60,070 nucleotides of DNA from Candidatus Spechtbacteria bacterium (GTDB lineage Bacteria; Patescibacteriota; Minisyncoccia; Spechtbacterales; JACPHP01), in assembly GCA_016188605.1 (NCBI GenBank), contig JACPHP010000016.1:1-60070 (forward strand), written 5' to 3'. Shown piece after piece: positions 26,197 to 34,950 of the stretch; the first letter of the stretch is position 1; the number at the start of each line of letters is the position of its first letter. A program made the position numbers and the translations under genes. Under the pieces are notes generated by a model. That model was not told the origin of the DNA and searched no databases. It saw only the letters and a program-made list of their open reading frames with translations.

Positions 26197-28992
26197 ATGA
26201 AAAACATAGTCATAATAGACGACAACAAAACTTTACTTGAACACAAAGAGCTTCACAGAAAAGCTCGTCTGTTTTCAGCAAGCACTCTGGCCGCTGTTAT
26301 ATCTTCTGTTGTGATCGTAAGCTTATTTATTAACCTTGGGCCTGGAAAAGCGGCAGGAACAAACAATATACAGGTATATACAATAAAGAAAGCTCCTGCC
26401 AGTACCACGGTGAGCACAGTAAGTTCTACGAGAAGAGCGGTTAATTTTACTACAGGCGTAGATGCTTACAAAACTGGCATGAGCGCATCAATAGTGCTTG
26501 GGCAGCCTGATTTTACTAGCAGTACGGTTAATAATGGAGGGGTTTCTGCAAACTCATTAAATTCCCCTAGTGCTGTAGAGATAGCCGATGGAAAAATGGT
26601 TGTTGCGGATTCTTCTAATAATAGAATTCTAATTTGGAATTCAGTTCCGAATAGTTCAACACCCGCCGATTTGGTTTTGGGCCAACCCAATTTCACAAGT
26701 AATACTGCAAATAATGGCGGTATCTCCGCAAGTACTCTTAATGGTCCCCAGTCAGTTATATATGTTGGCGGTAGGTTATTTATAGCGGATTCTTCTAATA
26801 ATAGAATTCTAATTTGGAATTCAGTTCCGAATAGTTCAACACCCGCCGATTTGGTTTTGGGCCAACCCAATTTCACAAGTAATACTGCAAATAATGGCGG
26901 ACTAAGCGCTAGTACTTTCGGTTCTATATGGGACGTAGCTTCAGATGGTACAAAATTAGCCGCGCTAGATCCGACTAATAATAGAATTCTTATATGGAAC
27001 AGCTTGCCTACAGTAAATCAGCAGGCCGCAGATGTGGTTTTGGGTAATAGTATTTTTACAACGGCATTAAGTAATACAGCTTCAGCAAAGGATTTTCAAT
27101 GTGCTTATACATGTAGTATAGATATTAACAACGGAAAATTATTCTTAATGGATAAAATTAACGCACGTGTTCTTATCTGGAATTCAATTTCTACTGTTAA
27201 TTACACTTCTGCTGATGTTGTAATCGGCCAGCCTGATTTTACAACTGCCACCAATAATATTTTTTCAGGAACTAATGTTGTTTCCTCAAAATCGACAAGG
27301 TGGCCATCTGGAGCTTATTCTGATGGACAGAGATTATTTATTTCAGATCATCATAATCATAGGATAATGGTATTTAATTCTATGCCAACTAGTAATTATG
27401 CAGCTGCGGACATAGTAATCGGTCAGACTAGTATGGATACCAGTAATGGACTCGCTAATGGTACTTATACGGGTTCAATTACAGCTTTTAACACCAATAG
27501 TCCAAGTAAACCAGTATATTATAATGGTAACCTGATAGTGCCAGATAGCGGCAACAACCGCATCCTCATCTTCCCCTCCACTGTAGCCACCTCCGCAATC
27601 GCTAGCACTCCTTCCACCACATCCTCGTCAATAACCTACAACACCAACAGCCTCACCTCCACCAAAGCAGACTACGGACTCACAGACCAATATGGTTCAA
27701 CAACATCAGAAACAGACACCTCGCCCAGAGTAATGAGCCACACAGTCTCACTATCCAGCCTCGTAGCATGCACCACCTATCATTACAGAACAAGAGCCAC
27801 AGACGCCACAGCCACGGAAGATGTAAGCAGTGACAACACCTTCACCACCACGGGCTGCACCGCCTCTGCTCCAGTCACCGCAGAAACAGCTTCAGCAATC
27901 ACCACAGCCGCAGGAGGCACGGTAGCTCTAACATCAAACAACACAGGCATATCACTGGCCATCCCCGCGGCATTCACAGGCACAGACGCTAATATCCAAG
28001 TAAAGAAGATAGATGCCACAACTGTCTTTAGAGCAGTAACGGCTCCATCAGGTTACAGCGGCATCAGCACATACACATACGACCTTAAAGCGCTAAGCGG
28101 CGTGGGAACCTCTGTTACAACCTTCAATAACCCTATTACAATTACAATGACATACACCGACGCTGACATTCCTCCTACTATCTCCCAGCATACCCTCAAG
28201 ATACACAGATATGACGGAGTAAATTGGAACGAGCTAACCGGCTGTACCGTAAACAGTTTGGCTAAAACAGTCACCTGCACCACCACAAGCTTTTCTACCT
28301 TCGCCCTCTTTGGCTCTACTTCTTCATCATCCCTAAGTTCATGTTCCAACATTCAGCCAGGCTCTATTCTACCTCAAATTACCAAAGCAGAGGCTCAATC
28401 AACCACCTCCATCCTTCTTACCATCCAAGATGGCAGTGACCCCATCTCTAATTACTACCTGCAATACGGCACATCGCCAAATTCTTACTCTCAAGGATTA
28501 TTCAACATAGGCGCTAAAGGAGTAGGCACATATATCGTTTCTTCTCTTACCCCCAACACCACCTATTACTTTGTCATTGCTTCAGCTAATGACTGTGTTA
28601 CCGGCGCTTGGTCAAAGGAAGTATCGGCAACTACGACCTTGGCTGTTATTAAACCAGAGTCACCCGTGGAGACTCCGAGCGTAGCCCCATCAACTACACC
28701 GATCGAGTCTCCGCCGGCGCAGACTGTTCCAACGCAAACAGAAGTCCCGTCTGTGCAGACAGAGGAAACTGCGGAGAAGGAGGTGCCGAGCGCGCCATCT
28801 GTTTCAATTAATACTTGCCAATCCTATATTGTTAAGGTAGGTGATTCTCTCTGGTCATTAGCAGCTCGCTTTCTCGGCAGCGGTCTTGAATACAAAACAC
28901 TAGCAAAACAAAACGTCTCGTCACATCGCTCGCTTAAAAAGAATTATGATATTATATGGATTGGATGGAGGCTGAAGATAGGATGCGAGTGA
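26197..28992 (+). CDS. large surface-anchored protein: N-terminal TM, NHL-type beta-propeller repeats, Ig/FN3-like middle, C-terminal LysM
   Basis: Repeated ..DSSNNRILIWNS..ADLVLGQP.FTS.. blades, and C-terminal YIVKVGDSLWSLAARFLGSG..YKTLAKQN (LysM). Confidence 0.85.
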   Translation: MKNIVIIDDNKTLLEHKELHRKARLFSASTLAAVISSVVIVSLFINLGPGKAAGTNNIQVYTIKKAPASTTVSTVSSTRRAVNFTTGVDAYKTGMSASIVLGQPDFTSSTVNNGGVSANSLNSPSAVEIADGKMVVADSSNNRILIWNSVPNSSTPADLVLGQPNFTSNTANNGGISASTLNGPQSVIYVGGRLFIADSSNNRILIWNSVPNSSTPADLVLGQPNFTSNTANNGGLSASTFGSIWDVASDGTKLAALDPTNNRILIWNSLPTVNQQAADVVLGNSIFTTALSNTASAKDFQCAYTCSIDINNGKLFLMDKINARVLIWNSISTVNYTSADVVIGQPDFTTATNNIFSGTNVVSSKSTRWPSGAYSDGQRLFISDHHNHRIMVFNSMPTSNYAAADIVIGQTSMDTSNGLANGTYTGSITAFNTNSPSKPVYYNGNLIVPDSGNNRILIFPSTVATSAIASTPSTTSSSITYNTNSLTSTKADYGLTDQYGSTTSETDTSPRVMSHTVSLSSLVACTTYHYRTRATDATATEDVSSDNTFTTTGCTASAPVTAETASAITTAAGGTVALTSNNTGISLAIPAAFTGTDANIQVKKIDATTVFRAVTAPSGYSGISTYTYDLKALSGVGTSVTTFNNPITITMTYTDADIPPTISQHTLKIHRYDGVNWNELTGCTVNSLAKTVTCTTTSFSTFALFGSTSSSSLSSCSNIQPGSILPQITKAEAQSTTSILLTIQDGSDPISNYYLQYGTSPNSYSQGLFNIGAKGVGTYIVSSLTPNTTYYFVIASANDCVTGAWSKEVSATTTLAVIKPESPVETPSVAPSTTPIESPPAQTVPTQTEVPSVQTEETAEKEVPSAPSVSINTCQSYIVKVGDSLWSLAARFLGSGLEYKTLAKQNVSSHRSLKKNYDIIWIGWRLKIGCE
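26605..26900 (+). repeat. intragenic tandem duplication, 180-nt period
   Basis: The 116-nt blocks 26605-26720 and 26785-26900 are identical by eye. Confidence 0.9.
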
Positions 28993-29014
28993 GCTTGAGA
29001 AGAAGTCCTTGAGA

Positions 29015-29060
29015 AGAAGCCTAGCTTCCACGAGCGCGTGGAAGCTAGGCTTCAAGGAGA
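29015..29060 (+). terminator. 17-bp stem hairpin after the surface-protein gene
   Basis: gaagcctagcttccacg-agcg-cgtggaagctaggcttc. Confidence 0.7.
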
Positions 29061-29086
29061 CTTCGGAGATTGGTGGAAATTGAAAT

Positions 29087-29149
29087 AAAGTTGCGCAAAT
29101 AAAAAACAAATCCACGTTACGCGGATTTGTTTTTTATTTGCGTGGATAA
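29087..29149. repeat. terminator-containing direct repeat, copy 2
   Basis: aaagttgcgcaaataaaaaaC[aaatccacg..cgcggattt]gttttttatttgcgtggataa. Confidence 0.85.
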
Positions 29150-29411
29150 CTAAAATAAAATTAATAATTTTATTTTTGTAGTTATCCACATGTTTATGAT
29201 TTGCATTATGTTATATAATATAAATGTACATTGAGTAAAAATTATTTTGTATGAAGTTCCCTTCGACTCGCGATGCAAAAATGTATGGATTATAAAAATA
29301 TAATTCAATGCTTAGCATGAGCGAGGGGACGGTTGATTTCATACACTCTGTATTTTCCATCCGAGGCGTTTGCCGCCTCTAGCGAAAAAAGTTTAATTTA
29401 CATACAAAAAT

Positions 29412-29513
29412 ATGGCAACACGACGAGCAGCAAAAAAGACTGCAACAAAGCGCAGGGTAGCAAAGCGAGCGCCTGCAAAAAAGCGAGTGGCACGACGACG
29501 AGCGCGCAGATAA
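29412..29513 (+). CDS. possible small Lys/Arg/Ala-rich protein (33 aa), not in the ORF track
   Basis: MATRRAAKKTATKRRVAKRAPAKKRVARRRARR*, followed by a strong terminator. No SD. It overlaps a 63-aa track ORF in another frame that looks less protein-like. Confidence 0.3.
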   Translation: MATRRAAKKTATKRRVAKRAPAKKRVARRRARR

Positions 29514-29535
29514 TAATGTTGTGAGTTCTTTTAGT

Positions 29536-29575
29536 AAATAAACATCGTCCCGCCTTGGCGGGACGATGTTTATTT
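29536..29575 (+). terminator. rho-independent terminator
   Basis: aaataaacatcgtcccgcc-ttgg-cgggacgatgtttattt. Confidence 0.75.
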
Positions 29576-29688
29576 ACACGCGTTATGCTTTGCTACAATG
29601 AAAACTGGTATTTAGTGTTTTAGAAATAGAGATAATTAAATTAAACCAGCAGTTGCAGAAATACTATATACTATATTAAATATTAGTT

Positions 29689-31092
29689 ATGAATGCTATG
29701 CATTTTTTAAATCACCAATTATTCTCTCGCATAATTTTGTTTGCCTGTATCGGCTTACTTGTTGTACTCGCGTATATTTCTTTTTTTGGAGAATTGGGCG
29801 CTTACACGCTAAAGACTGGAAGCGCGGAGATTCAGGGTGATGTTGTAGATTTTCCGATAACTAAATCGGGAAGCACGCGCGTTACTTTGAATCTTTCGAG
29901 CGGTGATAAGGTATTGATATTTTTACCGCTGGCCACAATGGTGCATTTCGGCGACCGCATTGTCGTTAAGGGGAAGATTCAGAATGCTGACAGCGTGCAG
30001 CCGTCTGATTATGCAAGTTATTTGCGCGGGAAAAACATTAACGCGGTGATGTATGGCGCGTCGCTTGTAAACATAACAAAAGGGAGTTCGCAAAATCTTT
30101 TTATTATTCTCGCGCAACTGCGCGAGTACGCGCAAAACACTATAATGTATTTTCTTCACGGGTCTGTGGGCGAAGTTGTTTCTGCGATGGCAATAGGAAC
30201 AAATATGTCGTCTGCAATCAACCAATTATTCGCGCGCGCTGGCATTCTTCATATAGTCGCCATTTCTGGAATGAATATTGTTATGATAATGGAAGCGTTG
30301 CTTGTATTCTTTTTGCTTTGCGGCATGCGCAGGCAAACCGGGATCATTGCTTCCCTCGCAGTTATTTTTGCCTTTATATTTTTAGCAGGTTTTAGTTCTT
30401 CCGTAGTGCGCGCGGGAGTAATGGGAAGTATGCTGTACGTCGCTCAGCTTTTTGGCAGGCCCGTTTCATCTTTGCGTTTGTTGCTTTACGCGGCAGTTAC
30501 AATGCTGGTATGGAATCCGTTTTTACTTGCGGGGGACGTCGGTTTCCAGCTTTCGTTTGCCGCAATGGCAGGAATCATTATTCTGGCGCCTTTTGTTAAC
30601 GATGAACTGCGGCGGCTCTTTGAGAGGAGGGTGAGAGACATTGATTCGTATACCAAAAAACCAAATTGGCTTGCATATCTATGGCAGGGCGCGCGAGGCA
30701 TTATTGCGATGTCGCTTGCCGCAACACTTTTTACAATGCCTATTAGTATTTATCATTTCGGTCTTTTTTCTGTGATAGGCCTCGCGCTTAACATTATCGC
30801 CGTTCCTTTATTGCCGATAATTTTAATTCTCGTATTTTTTATGATTATTCTAGGTTCAGTTCACGCGTTTTTGGGGATGATTGTTTCGTGGCCGGTTTGG
30901 CTCATAGTATCTTTATTGTACGGCGTTGCATCGTTTGCAGGATCGTTGCCGCTTGCGACCATCTCACTGCCAGCAAAATCTTTATTCTTTTTTGTTGTAG
31001 GATACTTTTTTGTAGGTTTTGTAATTTTTGTCGCATCGCGCAAAGGATATCATCCACTGCGCGCGTCATCAACATATTTTTATTTTGATTAA
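29689..31092 (+). CDS. comEC: ComEC/Rec2 competence membrane-channel domain protein
   Basis: Multi-TM protein with AGILHIVAISGMNI and GFQLSF motifs. No beta-lactamase domain in this ORF. Confidence 0.85.
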   Translation: MNAMHFLNHQLFSRIILFACIGLLVVLAYISFFGELGAYTLKTGSAEIQGDVVDFPITKSGSTRVTLNLSSGDKVLIFLPLATMVHFGDRIVVKGKIQNADSVQPSDYASYLRGKNINAVMYGASLVNITKGSSQNLFIILAQLREYAQNTIMYFLHGSVGEVVSAMAIGTNMSSAINQLFARAGILHIVAISGMNIVMIMEALLVFFLLCGMRRQTGIIASLAVIFAFIFLAGFSSSVVRAGVMGSMLYVAQLFGRPVSSLRLLLYAAVTMLVWNPFLLAGDVGFQLSFAAMAGIIILAPFVNDELRRLFERRVRDIDSYTKKPNWLAYLWQGARGIIAMSLAATLFTMPISIYHFGLFSVIGLALNIIAVPLLPIILILVFFMIILGSVHAFLGMIVSWPVWLIVSLLYGVASFAGSLPLATISLPAKSLFFFVVGYFFVGFVIFVASRKGYHPLRASSTYFYFD

Positions 31093-31136
31093 CAAGTTAC
31101 TAGGGAGTCCCGGCTTCCCTAGTTAATATCACATGT

Positions 31137-31982
31137 ATGCTTAATGCGATTTTTAATTATCGGTCAGCAATGGGGGTCTGCGTTGGGGTGGCGGCGTTAT
31201 TTACTATCCTGCTATACCAAGAAGCACAGTCGCGTTCGCTATCTATATCTTTTTTGGACATTGGGCAGGGCGATTCGGCGCTGATTGTTACTCCCTCGGG
31301 CCGTACTATGCTTGTTGACACTGGACCAGACGGAGCATCGGTCAGTGAGGGCATCGCGCGGCATATGCCATTTTACGCGCGTACCATTGATCTCATTGTC
31401 CTTACGCACCCGGATAAAGATCATATCGGTGGAACACTAGCGGTGTTGAAAGAATATGATGTGCGCGGAATAATCATGCCGTACGCGGGAAAAGACATAC
31501 CTGTTTTTCAAGAGATACTTAATACTGCTAAAGCGCGCAATATTCCAATTCTTTTTGCGCGTTGGCACGAGCGTATAAATCTTGATAGTGAAGTTTCGTT
31601 GCGCGTGTTGTGGCCGCCGGAGGGAGCGGAAAATATTTTTAGCGCATCCAACGATATGTCGCTCGTGATGAAACTGACTTATAAAGACGATTCATTTATG
31701 TTAACTGGGGATATGGAAGCTCGTGGTGAGCACGTTCTCTCTGTATTTGGAGTAGATCTTGCAAGTGATGTGTTGAAAGTTGGGCATCACGGCAGTAGCG
31801 GTTCGACAAGCGAGGACTTTTTGCAAAAAGTTTCACCTAAAATTGCGGTAATTTCAGCGGGAGTTAATAACAGATATGGACATCCGACCGCCGAGGTGCT
31901 TCGGCGGTTATCCAGCATAAAGACTTTACGAACTGACAAAAATGGTGATATAACACTTGTAAGTCAAGGTAATAGCTTTTAA
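31137..31982 (+). CDS. ComEC-type metallo-beta-lactamase domain protein (separate ORF)
   Basis: FLDIGQGDSALI..LVDTG, THPDKDHIGG and VGHHGS motifs, with an N-terminal TM helix. Confidence 0.88.
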   Translation: MLNAIFNYRSAMGVCVGVAALFTILLYQEAQSRSLSISFLDIGQGDSALIVTPSGRTMLVDTGPDGASVSEGIARHMPFYARTIDLIVLTHPDKDHIGGTLAVLKEYDVRGIIMPYAGKDIPVFQEILNTAKARNIPILFARWHERINLDSEVSLRVLWPPEGAENIFSASNDMSLVMKLTYKDDSFMLTGDMEARGEHVLSVFGVDLASDVLKVGHHGSSGSTSEDFLQKVSPKIAVISAGVNNRYGHPTAEVLRRLSSIKTLRTDKNGDITLVSQGNSF

Positions 31983-31987
31983 AATTT

Positions 31988-32110
31988 AAGGACTTTCGCG
32001 TTCGGCGCATTTCGTTGTTGCGGCCTCCGTTCCTCGACAACGTATTTCTATATACGTTTTACTCCGGTACTCGTCCGCGCCTAGAAATGCACTCAAACGC
32101 AAAAATCCTT
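31988..32110 (-). ncRNA. structured element B, homologous to the tuf-leader element A at 42807-42927
   Basis: The reverse complement aligns with element A, including the identical CTAGGCGCGGACGAG (32070-32084). The outer helix is continuous, with three G.U pairs, only as a minus-strand RNA. Confidence 0.5.
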
Positions 32111-32121
32111 TACTTCTAAAT

Positions 32122-32718
32122 ATGGAACAAAAACATCCAGCCGAAGAAACAACAGTATTATTGGTTAAGCCAGATGGAGTAAAGCGTGGCTTGGTCGGTG
32201 AGGTTGTAAAGCGTATTGAAATGCGAGGGTTAAAAATTATTGCGCTTAAAATGATTGCCGTGTCTCGTGAGCACGCGCGGAATCATTATCCTAACACTGA
32301 CGAATGGATGCGTGGAATGGGAGAAAAAACTCTTTCCAATTACAATCAATATGGGAAGGATTCAATTCAAGAAATAGGCACAGCAGATCCATTGGAAATA
32401 GGCAAAATGGTGGCAGAATGGAATGTGGATTTTCTCACGTCAGGCCCTGTTGTCGCAATGTTAATAAAAGGAATACATGCTGTTGATATGGTGCGTAAAA
32501 TTGTAGGCAAAACTATTCCATCGCAAGCGGAAATGGGAACGATTCGCGGCGATTATTCCGTGGATTCGCCAACCATGGCAAACTTTGCAAAACGCGCAAT
32601 TCATAACGTGGTGCACGCGTCAGGCGACCCATCTGAAGCGGCGCACGAACTTGAGCATTGGTTTACCGCAGAAGAAATTCACGACTATAAGAGAGCAGAG
32701 GAAGATATTATGTTTTAA
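32122..32718 (+). CDS. ndk: nucleoside diphosphate kinase (long form with insertion)
   Basis: TVLLVKPDGVKRGLVGEV..R.E..GLKI and NVVHASGD (catalytic His). Confidence 0.92.
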   Translation: MEQKHPAEETTVLLVKPDGVKRGLVGEVVKRIEMRGLKIIALKMIAVSREHARNHYPNTDEWMRGMGEKTLSNYNQYGKDSIQEIGTADPLEIGKMVAEWNVDFLTSGPVVAMLIKGIHAVDMVRKIVGKTIPSQAEMGTIRGDYSVDSPTMANFAKRAIHNVVHASGDPSEAAHELEHWFTAEEIHDYKRAEEDIMF

Positions 32719-32870
32719 GGCTTGTGAGTTTTGCAAAACAAAACTGTCTTTGTAACCGCAAGGGCAGTTTCGTTGTAACTGCTCACCGAACCTAAAAAAA
32801 CCTAGTCATTGCGGATAAACTACTCGTAATTACGTGCATTATATGTGGGTTAGTGAGCAGATATGTTTTG

Positions 32871-32899
32871 TTGACAAAAAATATCATGGATTGTACTAT
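32871..32899 (+). promoter_or_regulatory. promoter TTGACA-N17-TACTAT
   Basis: -35 at 32871-32876 and -10 at 32894-32899. AAGGAGG at 32917-32923 and GTG at 32930 follow. Confidence 0.6.
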
Positions 32900-32929
32900 G
32901 CGCACAGTTATTTTAGAAGGAGGCGTATT

Positions 32930-33397
32930 GTGGTTGTGGTACACGATATCAAGACGGTGAAGGTACATCTTCCCGTCGGTGGTCTTACGTTTTCGGTTTC
33001 TGGCATGAGGGATTCAGGCGAACTACAGGGTCCCCCTCACTTGTTATTTGCATTTGCTGTTCAAATGATTCGACAGCTTCTGCTGACTTTGTCAGAACAG
33101 GAGCTTGAAGGATTGCGATATCCTATAACAGATCTTGCAGTTCAACTGGTGCCTCATATTATGTCAAAAGATTCAGCTAACCAGGAGAGTCTAGGCAATA
33201 GAGGAGTAGAATTGGGGAAATTTGTTAGTGCGACAGAGCCGGTGATTGAAATTATTAAATTGTTGTTGCGGATCCAAAAAGAACATGATGCTGACCACAG
33301 GGCGGTCTGGGAAAAGGAACAGCGTCGTTCGATTATAGATTCTCTTCAAAATAGGCTTCCTGAAGCAAGGGCAAGGTTGCATAATAGCGTCTCATAG
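32930..33397 (+). CDS. hypothetical protein (155 aa from the GTG start)
   Basis: Start chosen from the SD and promoter geometry; the track ORF begins at 32834. A terminator follows. No family recognised. Confidence 0.55.
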   Translation: MVVVHDIKTVKVHLPVGGLTFSVSGMRDSGELQGPPHLLFAFAVQMIRQLLLTLSEQELEGLRYPITDLAVQLVPHIMSKDSANQESLGNRGVELGKFVSATEPVIEIIKLLLRIQKEHDADHRAVWEKEQRRSIIDSLQNRLPEARARLHNSVS

Positions 33398-33402
33398 CAA
33401 CA

Positions 33403-33446
33403 GGCGCCCCGTACTAGTCTGTAGAAGACTGTAGCGGGGCGCTTTT
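33403..33446 (+). terminator. rho-independent terminator
   Basis: ggcgccccg...cggggcgc followed by ttttc. Confidence 0.7.
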
Positions 33447-33672
33447 CTTTTTTCTGCGCCATGCTATACTCGTTCCAGAGGCACTGTTCTTAATTTGAAT
33501 TCGGCTCAAACTGTTTTTTAAAGAGGGAGCTTTATATTTTCCGGCGCTGTGGCGTCGGATTGCGAGCGCCAAACTTAGAATCAACCGAATTCTGATATAG
33601 AACATCCTCTGACAAGGCTTCGTCTTCATGGCGTAGCCTTGTTTATAGGAAAATAATCTCTTTATAATCAGA

Positions 33673-34380
33673 ATGCCAAGACAAACAAAAAAAGAAACAA
33701 TCGTCATAGCCCTCGGAGGGTCTATTATCGTTTCGCAAAAAATACAGTCACAATTTCTTAAACGTTTCCGAGACATGATACTCCCATTATTTGGGGAGTA
33801 TCGTTTTATAATTGTCGCGGGCGGAGGGACAACAGCGCGCAACTATCAGCAGGCGGCTTCGCAGGTTGTGGCAGTCAGCGACGAAGACAAAGATTGGATT
33901 GGCATTCACTCTACTCGTTTGAATGGACATTTGCTGCGCACCATATTTGTCGGCGAAGCGTATCCCGCGGTAATCGATAACCCACTGAAGCCAATTACAA
34001 AAAGTGATTTGGACAAATACGCGCTTTTCATTGCGGCTGGTTGGAGACCGGGATGGTCGACCGACTATGTCGCCGCGCGCCTTGCTGACCGTTTTCGCGC
34101 ATCCAAAATGATTATCGCGACTAAGATTCCTTACGTGTATGACGCCGATATTACAATCCATAAAGATGCCAAACCATTCCCAGATATTACATGGGCTCAT
34201 TACCGTACTTTAGTTGGTGATAAATGGATGCCAGGCATGAAAGCGCCCGTGGACCCAGTCGCCAGCCGCTACGCGCAAGAAAAAAATATGGATATGGTTG
34301 TGGCGCGAGGAACGGATTTAGCGAATTTGAGAAATATTATTCTGGGGAAGAAATTTAAAGGGACGATAGTGCACTCGTAG
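33673..34380 (+). CDS. pyrH: UMP kinase, archaeal-type (amino-acid-kinase fold)
   Basis: IVIALGGSI, IIVAGGGTTARNY, IGIHSTRLNG, GWRPGWSTDYVAA and GT.V patterns match short archaeal PyrH. Confidence 0.75.
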   Translation: MPRQTKKETIVIALGGSIIVSQKIQSQFLKRFRDMILPLFGEYRFIIVAGGGTTARNYQQAASQVVAVSDEDKDWIGIHSTRLNGHLLRTIFVGEAYPAVIDNPLKPITKSDLDKYALFIAAGWRPGWSTDYVAARLADRFRASKMIIATKIPYVYDADITIHKDAKPFPDITWAHYRTLVGDKWMPGMKAPVDPVASRYAQEKNMDMVVARGTDLANLRNIILGKKFKGTIVHS

Positions 34381-34460
34381 GATATATACGGCGGTCGTGA
34401 AATCAAATATGTAGAGAATAGAAGAGGCCCCATCATTATGATGGGGCCTTTGAAATTAGG

Positions 34461-34706
34461 TTAACCGTTCCAGGCATGGCCGAGATAAGCGAGAACCATG
34501 CCCAGGCCGACGAGACCAGGAGTCATGACGTAGAAGTTGCCGAACCAGGCAACTACAGGAGGATACTCGAAGTGTCCGCCGTCGTAGCCGAACACATCAA
34601 GCAGAGCGTTCATAACACGAGGCAGCATCGCTAGGCCGAAAGCCAGAGCAAGAGCTACCCCAACGAGAGCAAGAGGAGCAGAGAGAGCAGAGAACAGGAA
34701 ATCCAT
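34461..34706 (-). CDS. small integral membrane protein (81 aa), GC-rich relative to its neighbours
   Basis: GGGAGGaaaaagaaATG SD, three hydrophobic segments, and a hairpin at 34425-34449 downstream. Confidence 0.6.
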   Translation of the reverse strand: MDFLFSALSAPLALVGVALALAFGLAMLPRVMNALLDVFGYDGGHFEYPPVVAWFGNFYVMTPGLVGLGMVLAYLGHAWNG

Positions 34707-34950
34707 TTCTTTTTCCTCCCTTTCGAGGCTACTAAAAAAAGAACAACGACATTGGTTATTATCTCCTCGTGCAGTCGTAGGGTCAACTGTGGATAACTTC
34801 GGGCGCTATTATGGCTTGTACAAGCCATAATAGCGCCCATCACGCCGAAGCTCCGCTTAGCGGAGCGAGGGATGATGTATTGATTAGTGTTGTGCATAAC
34901 TATTAAACTGATATAATTATAAGCGATTTGACTTTTAATTTTTGATTTAT

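Noticed and set aside
26041-29190. DnaA-box-like 9-mers suggesting an oriC. TTATCCACA lies at 29182-29190 and 59907-59915, its complement at 34788-34796, TTATTCACA at 26060-26068, and 8/9 matches at 26042-26050 and 29141-29149.
   Set aside because: The boxes are scattered over 34 kb rather than clustered. No dnaA or dnaN gene is adjacent, and the divergent gene-orientation switch at 19378/19504 has no boxes. Two of them are part of the conserved element upstream of the poly-G tracts, so they more likely belong to that element.
33414-33842. A 142-aa minus-strand ORF spanning the pyrH start and upstream region
   Set aside because: It overlaps the pyrH 5' end and a terminator, and its composition is not protein-like. 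The 33450-33672 region is better described as two hairpin elements (gaattcgg../..ccgaattc, and acaaggct/agccttgt).
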